Assembly (NCBI GenBank): GCA_037379345.1
Contig: CM074516.1
Span: 46,103,626 to 46,167,625, forward strand
Origin: Perna viridis
Taxonomy: Eukaryota
Length of the DNA stretch: 64,000 nt
Reading direction: 5' to 3'
How positions within the stretch are numbered: position 1 is the first letter of the stretch; each line of letters starts with the position of its first letter. The notes beneath the pieces are model-generated. The model was not told the DNA's origin and did no database searches. It saw only the letters and a list, made by a program, of their open reading frames with translations. Of this stretch, positions 13,301-26,500 are shown in pieces. The position numbers and the translations under genes were made by a program.

Positions 13301-16300
13301 TGACCACAACCCTATAGGCTTTATGACTGTGACCACAATCCTATAGGCTTTATGACTGTGGTTAAAGGTGACAATTAACCATACACAATTGGCTTCGTAA
13401 CAAAGTTTATATGTAGTTGTATGTACTAGCTCACTTACCTACAGTTAATGTAGGCCATATACACCTTAACAAGTTATCAAACCAATATTGGATTAGGCAA
13501 GAACTCCAGGAAAATGCAAGGCTGTGCCAAACATTTTTTCCAGTTTGAGCCAAAATTGTATATCTATATCATGTTTTTTTTTATCAAGTCAATGTTTCAT
13601 TGTTGACTTTATACTGCAAAAATAATTTCAAAAGAAAGGATTATTGACAAGAAAAATCCAATTAAGTCCTGGAGCAGGTTACAACTTGGTAACTTTAAAA
13701 CACTTTCACATTTGTGACACCAAAATAACTATATATCATATGTTTAATAATACTATAATGCATTTTGACTGCTCAAATAGAAGACTGAAGTATAAAAAAT
13801 AGCCTTATACCACAGAAATACTCAATACAATACAATGCTGACAATTTTACCTCATTATCAACAGGTAGCATATCCTTTCCAAACAGATTGTTCATCACAG
13901 ATGCATACATTGTCTTTCTGACCAACAAAAGAAGATCACTGCTTCCTGTAAAAAGACAAACAAAAAAACTACATTAAACAGCAATTACTAGGGAACTAAT
14001 TCCTTTTAAAATTCCAATATGGTCATCTTTTCTATTCATAACAGAGGAGTAAATGAATGAGAAGTTATATTGCTCACCTAGAAACAACAAACAAACTTTT
14101 CTTGACAGTTCAAAGGCAAAAGTTCTTTCATGGAGATTTGTACATTATTCAGCAATTAATGACATTCAAAAGTATTCAGAAATGAAGGAAATTATACGAT
14201 TAAAAAAACAAAAACAAATTGTTAAATTTCACCTTCTGTGGAATCTATACTCAAGAACTTTATATCAAGTTTAACCTTACATGTTGTTCTATACCTTGTC
14301 ATAAGAATAATTTTATTAACTAAAAGTTCCTTAATATAAATTAATACAGTTTTCAAGATACTAGTATAAGCAACTTGAAGTTGCATGTGTTGTTGTGCTA
14401 GGTATATCCCCACTAGTAAAGGAAGTTGAGAATGTAGAGAAACCAAAATCACATAGAACATATGCCCTATCTATATGATGTAACACACTAAATTTTAAAT
14501 CAATCTATTTATTGTGAGTCAAATTTTTAGTGATGAACATTTCCTCTATCATTCCATACAGTGAAAAGTGGCTAAGTCCCATGAAACAGGAATTTGATAT
14601 CCGACAGCACCTAAAATGGCTGACAATGTTTGCCCCATCTATATGAAGTTAAATGCCAGATTTGAAATTAAACCATCAGTTGGGAACCAGGAAAGTTGCT
14701 ACAAATGATAGATGGACAAAGTGATTCCAATGTACCACCCATTCATTTAGTGGGAGTATAAAACAAAGGAATCAATAGAAGAAACTGTACAAATTCATCC
14801 CTATAAAGACTTCCCTAGGTGTTGACAGTCATTCTATTGATTGAAAGTTCCTTCCTTAAACAACAAAAAGTACCAACTAATGACCTGACAGATAGAAGTC
14901 AATTTTCAGTTTCCACAAGGTCCTTGTGTTTAATAAGATGTATTTTGAAGTTGTTTTCTACGAAATTTTAGAAAAATGAAATAAAATAAAATCCTGTCCT
15001 ACCAACCCTTTTTTTCTGACTTGTAACAGGAAACAGAGGTATAATTTTATTTCGTGTTATATATCCCAAGAATGCTAGTAACATTTGTAATGTACTGACT
15101 GGTTTCAGAGAAGAAAATTCTTAGGCAAAAGTAAACATGTCTGAAGACGATGAATGCAAAGTGATGGCAATATCACCCTTATAAATCTTTGGTCCAGGTG
15201 GGCTCTTTATGTGCTGCTGATTGTATTTAAAGAAGATAAAACATTATCAGTACTTTTACTCTCGATCAATGGCACATGCATAGTATTAAATTAACAAATT
15301 TTAATCCTATGTTGGTGCTATACTTTCTACAAGAAACTTATTGTCTTTCAACTGTTTTTTTTTCAATTTCCCTTAATGCTACCCAATGTGAATGTCAAAT
15401 CTTACATTTTTGCAAATAAAAAAAGAGCAGCAGGTATCTAAAGTTTCAGGATAGTACCTTGAGGGCCAAGTTTTGCCAGCTGATCATTAAACTCCTGACA
15501 AAGCCCATCACAAAAATAAACTAATCTGGAAGAAGCCAATCTCCCCTTCACTAAGTCATGTATCTTGGTATGATAGGTAAAAAAGGAAGTTTTGCTGACA
15601 GAGGCTGCAATAAAAAAACATTGATGGTTATAAATGTATTTCTTCTCAACATTGTATGTATTTCCTATTCTTATGTGTTTATAACAGAATAAAAATAAAA
15701 ACAGCAAACATTTTTTCATCAATGATCATATGCAGTTATGCAGTGCTATATTTTCATCATTCTGCTATGTAAGCACTGGATGAAACTCAATGTCCATGTT
15801 TCATATCGAAAAATAAAAACATAATTAAACTTTGTTTTCAGTGATTTTCATTGAGATCATGATTCACCCAATTTTGGCATAAGACAATTAAAGTTCCTAG
15901 AGAGCACTGTACACAGAATACTTCAAGAAATTAATTTGGGGTAAATTAAAATCCAATACTAACATTGAAAGTGCTGATTGATATTTATGGTAATAGCTTT
16001 AAAAAGCAGGTGATATTTCTAATAAAGGGAACTGATCAAATGATCATTCAAACCTTATTTTTTTTTTTAGTGTATGAAAATAAACCTACCGACATTTAAA
16101 ACAGGATCTTGCACTGCTTTTTGAAAGTCCACAAAGGGTGACTGGAAAAAATAGTGGAAATCTTCCGCCTCTGTTATAAATGTTAAACGTTCACCAGCTA
16201 CATACAAGGTAAATATAGGTCCAAGCTGTAATTAAAACTACAAATTATTATATTTTTTTTCGAACAAAATTGTGTTGTCTATGAAAACAAATGTATTAAA

Positions 16301-19300
16301 CATTAAAGGTAAACAATATTACAATATATACTTAAAGACCCTATGTTTCTTATACAATTTAATAACCCATTCCATACCAAGCCTTCCCAAAATAGGAATG
16401 TTTGATACATATGTACTGAGAAAATTATAACAACCTATACAATAATATTTATGTATATGACCTGTACAATAACCACAATTCAGTTTGATTTCCAGTCAAT
16501 TACTGTACAGCAGAAGTTTTTTTCATAATTTTTATCCTTTTTATTTATACTACTGATATAACTGTGCTGTAATCCTTGATTATACATAGTATTATCTGAG
16601 CTTTTTTAATTATTTTATTTTAAAAGATTTACAATAAACATAGACCTGTATTCAAAATAGCAAGAAATCAAAATCCTGCTTTATCACATGCTCGAGAGTG
16701 GATTTGATTATATCAGATTTGTAAATAAAGAGTAATTACTTTTAACAACAGGGACTTTATCATACATCCTCTGAATTTATGAAATACTGGTGACATTAAG
16801 TAAAACTCTGAACTTCACATCATTAATTTCTTTCATAGTTAAAAAAAGTTTTTTGCACAGAAGTGCAAGACATGGCTGTGTTAAGTTGCCACAAAAGGAT
16901 AAATTGATAATACCCCAATGATCAGGGCATAAAAATATAACTCCAGTTGGTGTAAAACACTTCATTTTCTATTTTCCTACCTTCCGGCACCAAGTTTAAG
17001 CACAATAATTCAGTTTTCTTAGGGAACTTCAAATTTATTTTCATGAATGTATAAAGGATGCCATTTTTTACAATTTATTTGTAACAACCATTTGATTAAA
17101 TGTGGACTGCAAACCCTTTGTTTTCTATTTTCAAGCTTGTATGCAACATTATGGCAAGCCAAAGTGGACAAAAATAAGTGTTTTCTAATACTAAAAAATG
17201 AATTTTTAATATTACCAATTCATTTTTTAATATCACAAATTGAATTTCTAATATTACAAAACCCTTTTTAAATATTAAAAAAATCATTTTATATATTAAA
17301 AATTCAATTGAATTTCTAATATGAAAAAATGATTTTTTAATATTAGAAATTGATTTTCTAATATTAAAAATGGATTTGTTGTATTCAATTACGATTTTTT
17401 AATATCAGAAAATCATTTTGTAATATCAAAAAATGTGACTGATTTTGCAATATTGCAAAATGATTTTCTAATATTACAAATTCATTTCCAATATTACACA
17501 TTCAATTTGTAATACATGTATTACTAAATCAGGAATTTGTAATATTAAAAAATGAAATTTTAATATTACAAAATGAATTTCTAATATTAAAAAAATATTT
17601 TCTAACATTGAAAAAAATGATTTTGTAATATTAAAAAATGATTTTCTAATATTACAAAATATTGATTTTTGTCCACTTTGGCTTACCATACAACATTTTA
17701 AAACATTTTCCTTGAAAGGTTTTAAAGTTTTATGATACAAAAGTTAACTTTTTTTTTATTTGTTCTAACACATTTACATAAATGGTCATAACACAAATAA
17801 TAGAAACAAAGTATGTAATTTCTGACACCAACAACAAAGAAAAAAGAAAGATATAAAGTTTGATTAAACGTAGGAAGTTGCACAGTGGTGACTCAACTGT
17901 GAAAAAAAAGTAAATAGACATCATAGAAAGAGTGCTTGTAAAAAATTACAGTATAATTTGGGGTTTAAAATTAATTATTTTGAAAACCGAGTATCTTAAC
18001 ATCTCATAATCTCAACAATTTAAAATTAGGGGTCTTGACATTTACTGATATATTCAATGAAAGCCATTTTTATAGCGACATTTCTCTATTGCTAGAGAGT
18101 GGACACATTCCATATTTACAAATTGTTGACCTATCAGGCGTGTATCTACAGACATCAACATAGGAAGGCCTTTGGTTTTGTCTATAGATAGTTTTATAGA
18201 AAGATAATTTATTGCTTTCACCTAAACTACTATTTTGGTTTTGTAAGGTTTGACCATGGAGTCTTTGTTTGATAATAGATAAGATATTTTTCATATTGCT
18301 ATTATTATCAATTAAGTAGCCAAAACCAAGTTTCTTTATCCATAATTTAATTGTTGTTATCCATTTATTTGAATCTGGGATATTTGTATATATTTTGTTT
18401 ACCAAAGTATTCGCTGAATTGGAGATATATCCTCAAAATTTTATTGTTAGTATTTTTACTTTCTGTTGTAAAGGGTGTCTATTAAGCTCAGTTAAGCATG
18501 CAACATTTGTTGCTTTACTATGTATTCCTAAAATTTCTTTAATAAATTTGATATGTAAGTGTTCAAATGGGTCAGTATCATTAAGATTGCAATATGCACC
18601 CCAAACTTCACATCCATATAATGTAATTGGACTTACAAGTCAAATAGTTTTTTCAATAAACCACTAGCATTATTAAGTCTCATGGTTTTCTTATTTTAAA
18701 CCAGGCTTTGCGACCCTTTTCCATTCATAGTTTTGTGGACACATTTATATTACAGTTGTATTTAAAAGTTATTCCAAGATAGCAGTATGTTTTTACAGTT
18801 TCAATATAGGTATTATTGATTTTAAAACTGTTTAAATGGGTTTTCCCATTTGAATTGAAGACCATAATTTAAGACTTTTGTTCGTTTGCATCTAGTTTCC
18901 ATGATGAACAATTTTTTTCTAATACATCTAGAGATTTTTGTAGACCACTTTCGGTGTTTAACAGTAAAATAATATCGTCTGCATACAAAAGAAAATTAAT
19001 AGTAAGATCACCCAGAACAACTGGATCAGTCTGAGATTCATTTAGATTTGTAACAAGATCATTAATGTATAGATTAAATAAAATGGGTTTAAGAACATCC
19101 CCTTGTTTTACTCCACATTTTGATACAAATGTTCTACCTAGGCCTTGTTTAAACTTGATTTTTCAACTAGGGTCTCTCTATACATAGAATATAACATATT
19201 AAAAATTTGGGCAGGGAATTTATTTTTACAAAGTTTATAAAATAAACCTTCTCACCATACTGTGTCGAAAGCCTTTCTTAGATCTATAAATGCTGCAAAA

Positions 19301-20038
19301 ACTTTCTTTTTCTTTGTTTTATATGCATCGATTATTAACTTGATTGTTAAGATGTGGTCAGTAGTTCTGCACTTTTCTTTAAATCCGATTTGATTTTCGC
19401 ATATGAGATCATTATTATTTATGAATTGAATGATAAATGGACATATGACACATGTCCCTTCACTATATATGGAAATGAATATTTTCCCTTTTTAAATTTT
19501 CAATAAGATGCAATGAACAAGAACATCCATAAATACGTTTATTTATCATTATTTTATAACTTAAAATCATACACATTTTATACATACATGTAATTTGATA
19601 GTTTCAAAGAATATTGATTATTATTATTATGCAGCTCAAACTTGTGAAAATACTTTGGGATTATAGTTATGTCTAAACTTAAAAAAAAACCAATTGGTTT
19701 TAGTATACAAATCATATTTTTAATTATGTTATCTTCCATAGCCATATACTATTGATAATTTTGTGCTAATTCAATATTGTATTTTACCTGAGTACCATGT
19801 ATACTGTATTTTAATGCATATGTATAATTTATAGACTTTGTACCTTTCGTTTCTGAGCGATGTAATTTAAAGGGCTCTTCCCAAAATCAATTGCACAGCC
19901 CAACCATGGAATCCAGCCTTTACAAAGCGGTGGAAGGGGTTTAGATTTTTTCCGTTTCGCTTGGTAAAAGCAAAACAAAAGGGGAATGACCAAAGTTAAA
20001 AGCAGACCAAAAAATACTGGTGGTAGTTCAACTATCAT
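1392..20038 (-). CDS. CYP39A1: CYP39A1-like cytochrome P450 (24-hydroxycholesterol 7-alpha-hydroxylase-like, CYP7/8/39 group); multi-exon, 3' end including the heme-binding Cys lies left of the window
   Basis: Minus-strand exons with phase-compatible GT-AG boundaries: 20038-19844 (MIVELPP..TM helix..PPLCKGWIPWLGCAIDFGKSPL), 16225-16090 (LGPIFTLYVAGERLTFIT..VDFQKAVQ), 15604-15458, 13945-13851, 12867-12782 (FDDHFEYGARLP), 12588-12498, 11822-11727 (I-helix, NYSLLLLWASLANAIP), 6200-6110 (ITFWTLAYIL), 3613-3483 (LPYLKWCVLEAVRLRP, ExxR motif), 1487-1392 (IPEGDMLMLSPFWAHRNEKYFPEP). These motifs match my recollection of vertebrate CYP39A1. Confidence 0.88.
4782..4884. mobile_element. Short MITE (possibly Harbinger-like)
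   Basis: Terminal inverted repeats ccagttgttcaaaa ... ttttgaacatctgg; internal repeated tatccagtgga. Confidence 0.5.
5822..5977 (+). mobile_element. Internally deleted copy of the HINE/pearl-like family at 520-1168
   Basis: 5' end atctgtgagcaataggtcacaattgatactcctgc; 3' end ggacaaggataaaacagtataccctccaatcctttggagcaggatataaaaa (hairpin). Confidence 0.45.
6840..11764 (-). repeat. Two-unit minisatellite (31-bp and 58-bp units) derived from the P450 exon 3' end and its splice donor
   Basis: Plus-strand core g(a/g)ggcc(c/t)aaagtaacaacatccgtagttcgt (31 bp), with or without the 27-bp extension ctacttacaggtatag(a/c/t)attagctagt. Manual count is about 58 long and about 49 short units. On the minus strand the long unit reads TTGTTACTTT(G/A)GGCC(T/C)CACTAGCTAAT(G/T/A)CTATACCT GTAAGTAGACGAACTACGGATG. 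Confidence 0.97.
11727..11822 (-). CDS. CYP39A1: CYP39A1-like I-helix exon (96 nt, phase 0/0); its last ~37 nt form the first unit of the adjacent tandem array
   Basis: tttttcatag|ACA TTA CTG CAG...CTT TGG GCC TCA CTA GCT AAT GCT ATA CCT|gtaagtagac translates as TLLQTLLQLVQDDYKPNYSLLLLWASLANAIP and joins in frame to ITFWTLAY at 6200. Confidence 0.9.
12923..13364. repeat. 29-bp minisatellite, about 15 copies, in a P450 intron
   Basis: Unit ggttacaatcctataggctttatgactgt with a central palindrome cctatagg; variants of the unit recur. Confidence 0.95.
17150..17690. mobile_element. Non-autonomous TIR DNA transposon with 6-bp TSD (IS3EU-like termini)
   Basis: TIR tatggcaagccaaagtggacaaaaat ... 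atttttgtccactttggcttaccata (1 mismatch in 26); flanking direct repeat caacat at 17144-17149 and 17691-17696; interior of ~21-22 bp AT-rich subrepeats. Confidence 0.8.
18060..19440 (-). mobile_element. Degenerate non-LTR retrotransposon (LINE) reverse transcriptase fragment in P450 intron 1
   Basis: Minus-strand motifs NQIGFKEKCRTTDHILTIK, AAFIDLRKAFDTV, CGVKQGDVLKPI, INFLLYADDIILL and a YCYLG-type segment; interrupted by frameshifts and stops. Confidence 0.88.
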
Positions 20039-20564
20039 TCTGGGGAAGCTATAGGTAAAAATCCGAGGTGTTATGGACGACTATTTGGGTTTCTCGGTAA
20101 AGTGTTCATTTCTTCACCGAAACACAACGAAACAGAACACAGTCATAGTGATACATTTACCAGCACACTACTAATCTAATAAAATAAATATGTATTCATT
20201 TTATCCATAAATCTGTCTTCCAATATACCTGAAAAAGGTTAATTAAAAATACAACAGATACTTTATTTAGTACAGATTACTTGATTTTTTGGCTCTGGGC
20301 TTGAATTTTTCAGAAATAAATTAAATTGCAGACTTTACAGCCTAACGCTTTTTTACTGGCATAAAAATATAGCACAAGAACCATATGACTCGCTTGTGTA
20401 AAATATTTAAATCCGGATTTCTCTCATCTCCCTGGATATTGGTTTGTCTATTATAATTTTAAGTTCCGAACGTCTCTTGACAATGTCCTTGACATTCTAA
20501 ATAAACGAGCACTGACAGATTTCTGAGGAACATTATACTGCATTTTACTGATTATACTATTAAG
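20039..20564. promoter_or_regulatory. Probable bidirectional promoter and 5' UTR region between the P450 and OSCP1
   Basis: Divergent start codons with 526 bp between them; locally more CpG than the surrounding introns. Confidence 0.55.
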
Positions 20565-23500
20565 ATGTCTTGCAAAACATTGCCATTGCTTTTCATAAAT
20601 CTAGGTGGCGAAATGATATACATTTTAGATCAGCGTCTTCGAGCCCAAAATATAGCGGACGAGAAGGCTAAAAAAGGTACGAACTTCTATATTTGTAATA
20701 ATAGTACAATGCCACATGTGTGTCAAATTCTAGGATGACACTTTTAATATATTGTTTTTTGATGTCATTTGTCTAAATTTTGCACAAGGGTCATTTCCAT
20801 TGGCATAAACTTAACTTCGAAAAGAACTTAGCATTTTCTCTCTTCTTTTGAACAAGGATTTTAGAGTAGACAGGATTGGAATCGTATGCTCTCTCGTTGT
20901 ATCTCACCACACAGGATTTAATCATACTCTTCACTTATATTTTCATGTTTCTTGTAATTGTTGCTTAATACTCTCGATATATGGGATAAAGCACGGATGG
21001 TTTTTCCGAAAAAATGTCTTGTATTCATTGATCAATACCCCAGGCTCAGTATCAGAAAAATGTCAACTTTAAGTCAAAATTCGAGATCACAGAGAGTATT
21101 TTGAAATTCAGATTAGCATTGTAGCCTTCACTTACAGGATGTCACCATTTTGAAGTACATATTCAATCTGGTAAAATCTCAATAAATGCAGATAAACTAC
21201 ATGGTTTTTAAAAACATTTTTTTTATATACATCAATAGTTACCATACTATATGAACAAAATTAGCTTTAAGTCAGTATATGGGACCATAAGGGAGGAGTT
21301 TTAATCTTTCAAATTAGTTTTCCTTTACATCTAGACAAATTCATGAATAGTCAAAATTAGGTCAAATAAAAGCATTGACATCAGGAGAGAAGGGAAGGCT
21401 ACTGCTGTAAAACTCCTTATACATGTATACATCCTTGGACCAGTTCTGATCAATTTGAAACAAATTTTATGATTATTGTTTGGGTTTTTGAAGAAGGAGT
21501 TTGAATTTTAAATGAGGAGAGAAACTGAGGGGATGGGGTGGGGTGGGGGAGAGGAGGGGGGTACTTAGCCATCTAGAGTCAAAACCAAGGTATATAAAAA
21601 TGATGCAACAAAAGCAGGGACAGCTACATGATAAAACTCCTTTTATATACACCCTTGGAAGAAAGACTGCACTCGAAGGTTAGACCAGGTTGAAAATTTG
21701 ATAAGAGATTAAGGTCTGGAATAAAAATATTGATCAAAACAGAACATTGAAATAGTCTGGAGGCAACTTGAGGTGGGATATTTAAAAAAAAATTTCAAAC
21801 CATTTGGGTCAGAATACTTATATCTATCAAGATGAAATGTTGAAGCAGTGGAAATCATTGGCTATTAACAGGGCACCCTCAGCATCAATGAAATGCAACA
21901 TGGGTAATCTCACAGTTAATCACTCCACACATCATATTAATTAACATATTATGTTAAAGTGTGGAACATTCCAATCCTATATTTAACTCCTTGCTTTGAA
22001 TATTAGACATGCACTGCCAGGAATGCTCCCAAAACCAAAGGACAGGAAACTTAACTAATCTAACAATCTGCAAACTTTAGCCTTTTATACAAATCTGGTA
22101 ATGGCCCAAATTGTTGTGTAGTCCTTAAAAATTGCAATATTAAAATAGGAGATGTGGCATGATTGCCAATGTCTGAGACACTCACCCACCAAATACCAAG
22201 CAACAAACAAACTTCTACAGATCTTCATTTGTGGACAAAACACATACCATAAAGCAGGCTGTAAAAAACCTAAAAAACAAATGAGGTGAAACTATCCATA
22301 AAATACCAAAATCAACCTGTATTGGTGAAACTGAAGACCTCATTGAAGTAAACACTTTGGTGCCATCATTTGTTTCTTTTGACTGTTTTGATACCTTGGA
22401 TAATGATACGATTCAGATTGTTTTTAATCAACAAATCTAGCAAATGTTTTCAAAAACTGGTTTGGTTCCCAATCGGATTTACAGTAATTGATACATGTAG
22501 CAGTACTTTTGGTATGTTTCCTTCATTTTTATATTAATTAGTGTATTAGAACCAAAATTTTCATTGAACTATTTTGGACTTCTCTATCATATAGGCTAAT
22601 TAGCTCCCATAGGTAGCATATTACTACTGTACATGTTAGTGATAATTTATTTACAAAACATGGTGCCTAGTGTTGAGCTTTAATCATCAAGCTAAATATG
22701 TAAATTGGAACATTAGGTCCAGCAATATAATATTGTTGACTTTTCTTTAACTATCCCATCCTCTTTTTGTAGCGTTTGTACCATTAAAACTAAAGTAAAG
22801 TGCTCCGTTTTTTGCCATAATTTTTTTGCTGTAGCACTGGATTCTGTTGCTTGTTATATTGTGTTTGTGGATTTCTTCATTTTTTGTAGTACTACATGAC
22901 ATTATAGCAACAATGTTCCATAAAAGGTTCATGGATGAATTGTTTAAACCACAACCATTATATTCCAAGAAGGCGATGAGAACTGTATTTGACAGATTAG
23001 CTCATGCTTCCATAATGAGACTTAATGCTGCTAGTATGGACAAGGTGGGTATTTTGTAGAACATGATCAATATTTACTACAACTAAACAATTCATCATTT
23101 TAATCAAGTCATAGCCTTCTTAGATTTAAACAAGGTAAGGGGTTTTCTCTGGGTTGATAGTTTTTTGCACCAGCCTTTGAGCCAAGCCTAATTTTTTTTA
23201 GGCCACTTAAAAAGATATTTTGATCCAAAAAAGATTTTTTGCAATGAAAATGCCTTTTTGAAGCATCATTTAATTAGTATGGTATTTTTTCTTGCTACCT
23301 GTGGGTTAAATTTAAAAATCAAAGTACTCATGTATCAATCAATTTATATCGATTGTTTGAATATTTACACCTAAAATAATCATCAAATTGCAAAAAAATG
23401 GATAAGATAAACAGAAGAAACCAGGATTGACTTCAAACTATCTAAACACCTCAGGCTTCTTGTTATTAACAATAAATTTGTTGATTTTAATTCACCATGA

Positions 23501-26500
23501 TTCTGATCAGGAATGACATTAAACTCATCTTTAAAATATTGCACAAAATTTCATGTGGTATTGGAGCACTGCACCAGTTTGCATTATATTAGGTTCATTG
23601 TTGGTTTACCTCGATCGTGGGTCCAATGTACATTGGTTTGAAAGAGGTTGTTTTGGTTTGAGATAGACAAGATGGTGGACAAGAATGAAAAATATGTTGT
23701 ATAGTACAGTGTTCTAGGATTTCTATTTCCTGTAACTCAGCGCAAGTGAAATTTGGGTCAGGGAAAGTTAGGTACATTTGTACTTTGTTACACTTTCCTG
23801 TGACAAGTTGGAAACTTCATATGCTGTAAGGATTTGTTTTGTTAGGAAAGCAGTCATTGACTATGGGAAAGTTGATTTTATATGGAATCTTGAGGAAACT
23901 TCAATTTCTGAAAAATCTTAGAACACTGTAGTAGCTACATTCTATGTTGTTGTCAGCTTGTTATTGAAATGTACACCTAACCACATCATTTTGGCAACTA
24001 GGTTATCCATTCTTTAAAATTGTCCATACATGTACTACTGGTAGTTACTGAAGGGATTTATCAGAAGCTTACTGTATTGAAATTTATATTGCTTCATTAT
24101 TCATACTGTGCTTATTCAATTTTTTCCATTTCAGTTGTATGATTTAATGACGATGGCTTTCAAATATCAAGTTTCAATGTGTTTAAAACCAAGGGATATA
24201 ATCTTAGTGACCCTCAATCATTTAGATGCCATGAGAGGATTTGTTGGTGAGAATACAGACATAAGACAACAGCTGGAACATGTATATAGACTTCTTATGG
24301 AGGTGAGTACTCAGATAATTTGGTTAGATGAGTTTATTTAGAAAGTAAAAAGAGGCTACATTGTATCTGCTGAGATGAGTACTTTCAGAATATTTATAGT
24401 CTGCTTTTTGATAATGTGAATAGAGACCTGCAATTTGATTGGTCAGCTTGACAGGGGATATGAGACCATATTCATGTGATAGACCAGGGGATATGGAAGT
24501 GGGTCTGGAAATGTTATGTTTTTTTATCAAAGTGGAGGTAAAAATAACTGCACAGTCATAATTTGGTGGGGAGTCAATGTCTTTTCAAATAGAAAGTGTG
24601 AATAATTCAGGAAAAATAACATTTTCTTACATAATATATGTGTAACATCAAAAACAATGTGACAATAATGATGATAGCCTAACAATGTGACAATAATGAT
24701 GATAGCCTAACAATGTGACAATAATGATGATAGCCTAACAATGTGACAATAATGATGATAGCCTAACAATGTGACAATAATGATGATAGCCTAACAATGT
24801 GACAATAATGATGATAGCCTAACAATGTGACAATAATGATGATAGCCTAACTAGAAAAGAAATACAAAAATGTTACTCAAACATTTGAAGACACTCCAGT
24901 AAAATATATTTGGATATTCAGATAGGATATGGTCTAATCTTTTCTGTCATTTTCTATATACTCTTCGCCTACTTCTCGGGGAATATGAGCCCATATCCCT
25001 GTGATACTCCAAATACTTACAGTCCTGCTAGAGAATGAATTTGGTGTTTCCATTAGTACAGCATGGGCTTTGCATTAATTGACCTAGATACATGTAGTAT
25101 AGGGTACTCATTTAGTTTCCTTTAAAAAAAAAAACTTATTATTGATGCTTTCAAGAATAATTATGAGGCAATGCCCTTTTGCACATACATGTACTTATTT
25201 AAATTTTTTTATTGCACTGAATTTGGTGGTTTTATTTAGCATGACAATGACTCCAATAAATGGTTTTGGGGTACTTATTTATAGTCAGATCTGTAATTTT
25301 TCCTATACTGTTTAGCCTTACTTGGACAGCCATTACAGTGTACCTCTGATGGGATACACATTCAGTATATTACTCCGTTTCTGTTTTTATTTCAGAGTTT
25401 TGCATCATTAACCTTAGGAGAATATCAGCTAATTAGACAAACATTACTTAATTTTTTCCAAGATATGCACATTAGGGTAAGTGTTAATGTTATCTCAAGT
25501 AGGATGGAAACTTTAGAGATAAGGATCACAAAAACTGGTCTTCAGTAATTTTTTCTTTAGATTTTTTTCCATTAGTTCTTGATATCTACTACACATTATT
25601 TATCAAAAAGTTGATTTCAATGTATATGCAGATGCGGAGTAACAATAGCCTTTCTGCGTCTTGTGTGATGGAAAGTGACCATTGATTATGATATATACAT
25701 GTACTATTTAGTATACCTAATAATTTCCAGTCTTTGTTCAGATATATGTAATGGAGTTCCTTTCATGACTTTCTTATGAAAAAAAAAAGATCTGAAAGAA
25801 ACAACTGGAGAAGTTTGACAATTGATATTAACTCCTATAGAATCACAATCAATGATAACATTTCTCCTTTTATACTCTACTTTCTCACATATCAAGTATA
25901 ACATATTGATCTAAGAACTAAAACCTCTCATAAACTGTTCATCAATACTCTTGACAAACCAACCATAGAAAATAATATTGGCAAATAAAATATCTCGTTC
26001 ATTTCTTTGTGAGTATCCCATAACTACTGAGGATGGTCAATTATTGGTATTTATAATTAATGGACAAGAAAAACCATGTGAATTAATGAGCTATTAATAT
26101 ATCAGTTAATGGCTTAGATGGTAAAAATCTGAACAAAGGATATCCTCATCTTCAGCAATTGATTGTATTGTTTTGTTTCTACTCAATGATATTTGTCAAT
26201 AATATTCTTACTACTTTTATATCATTATTGCTGTGATTGTATAAATGTGATGTTCAGTGAAGTTATGTGTTCCATAAACATTTTTAGTTATTAACTGATA
26301 AAGGACTCTGAAATTTTCCATTTACATGTACAAACCTTTTCATGCCTGAACTTTAAACACAGTTTCCCTGATGGAGCTTGCTTTAGTCTTTACTTTATTG
26401 TCTGTCTCTGAAATGAAACAAACATAAAATCAATAAGATTTACTGTAGTTTACTTTTTTAACCCAAAGACAAACTTGAGTGAATCTGGAAAGGTAGAAAC

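Noticed and set aside
12923-13364. Similarity of the 29-bp unit (tacaatcct) to the end of P450 exon 1487-1392
   Set aside because: The match is short, on the opposite strand and 11 kb away; likely chance.
21528-21562. G-quadruplex-capable G-rich run in OSCP1 intron 1
   Set aside because: Such G-runs are common low-complexity sequence and nothing here indicates function.
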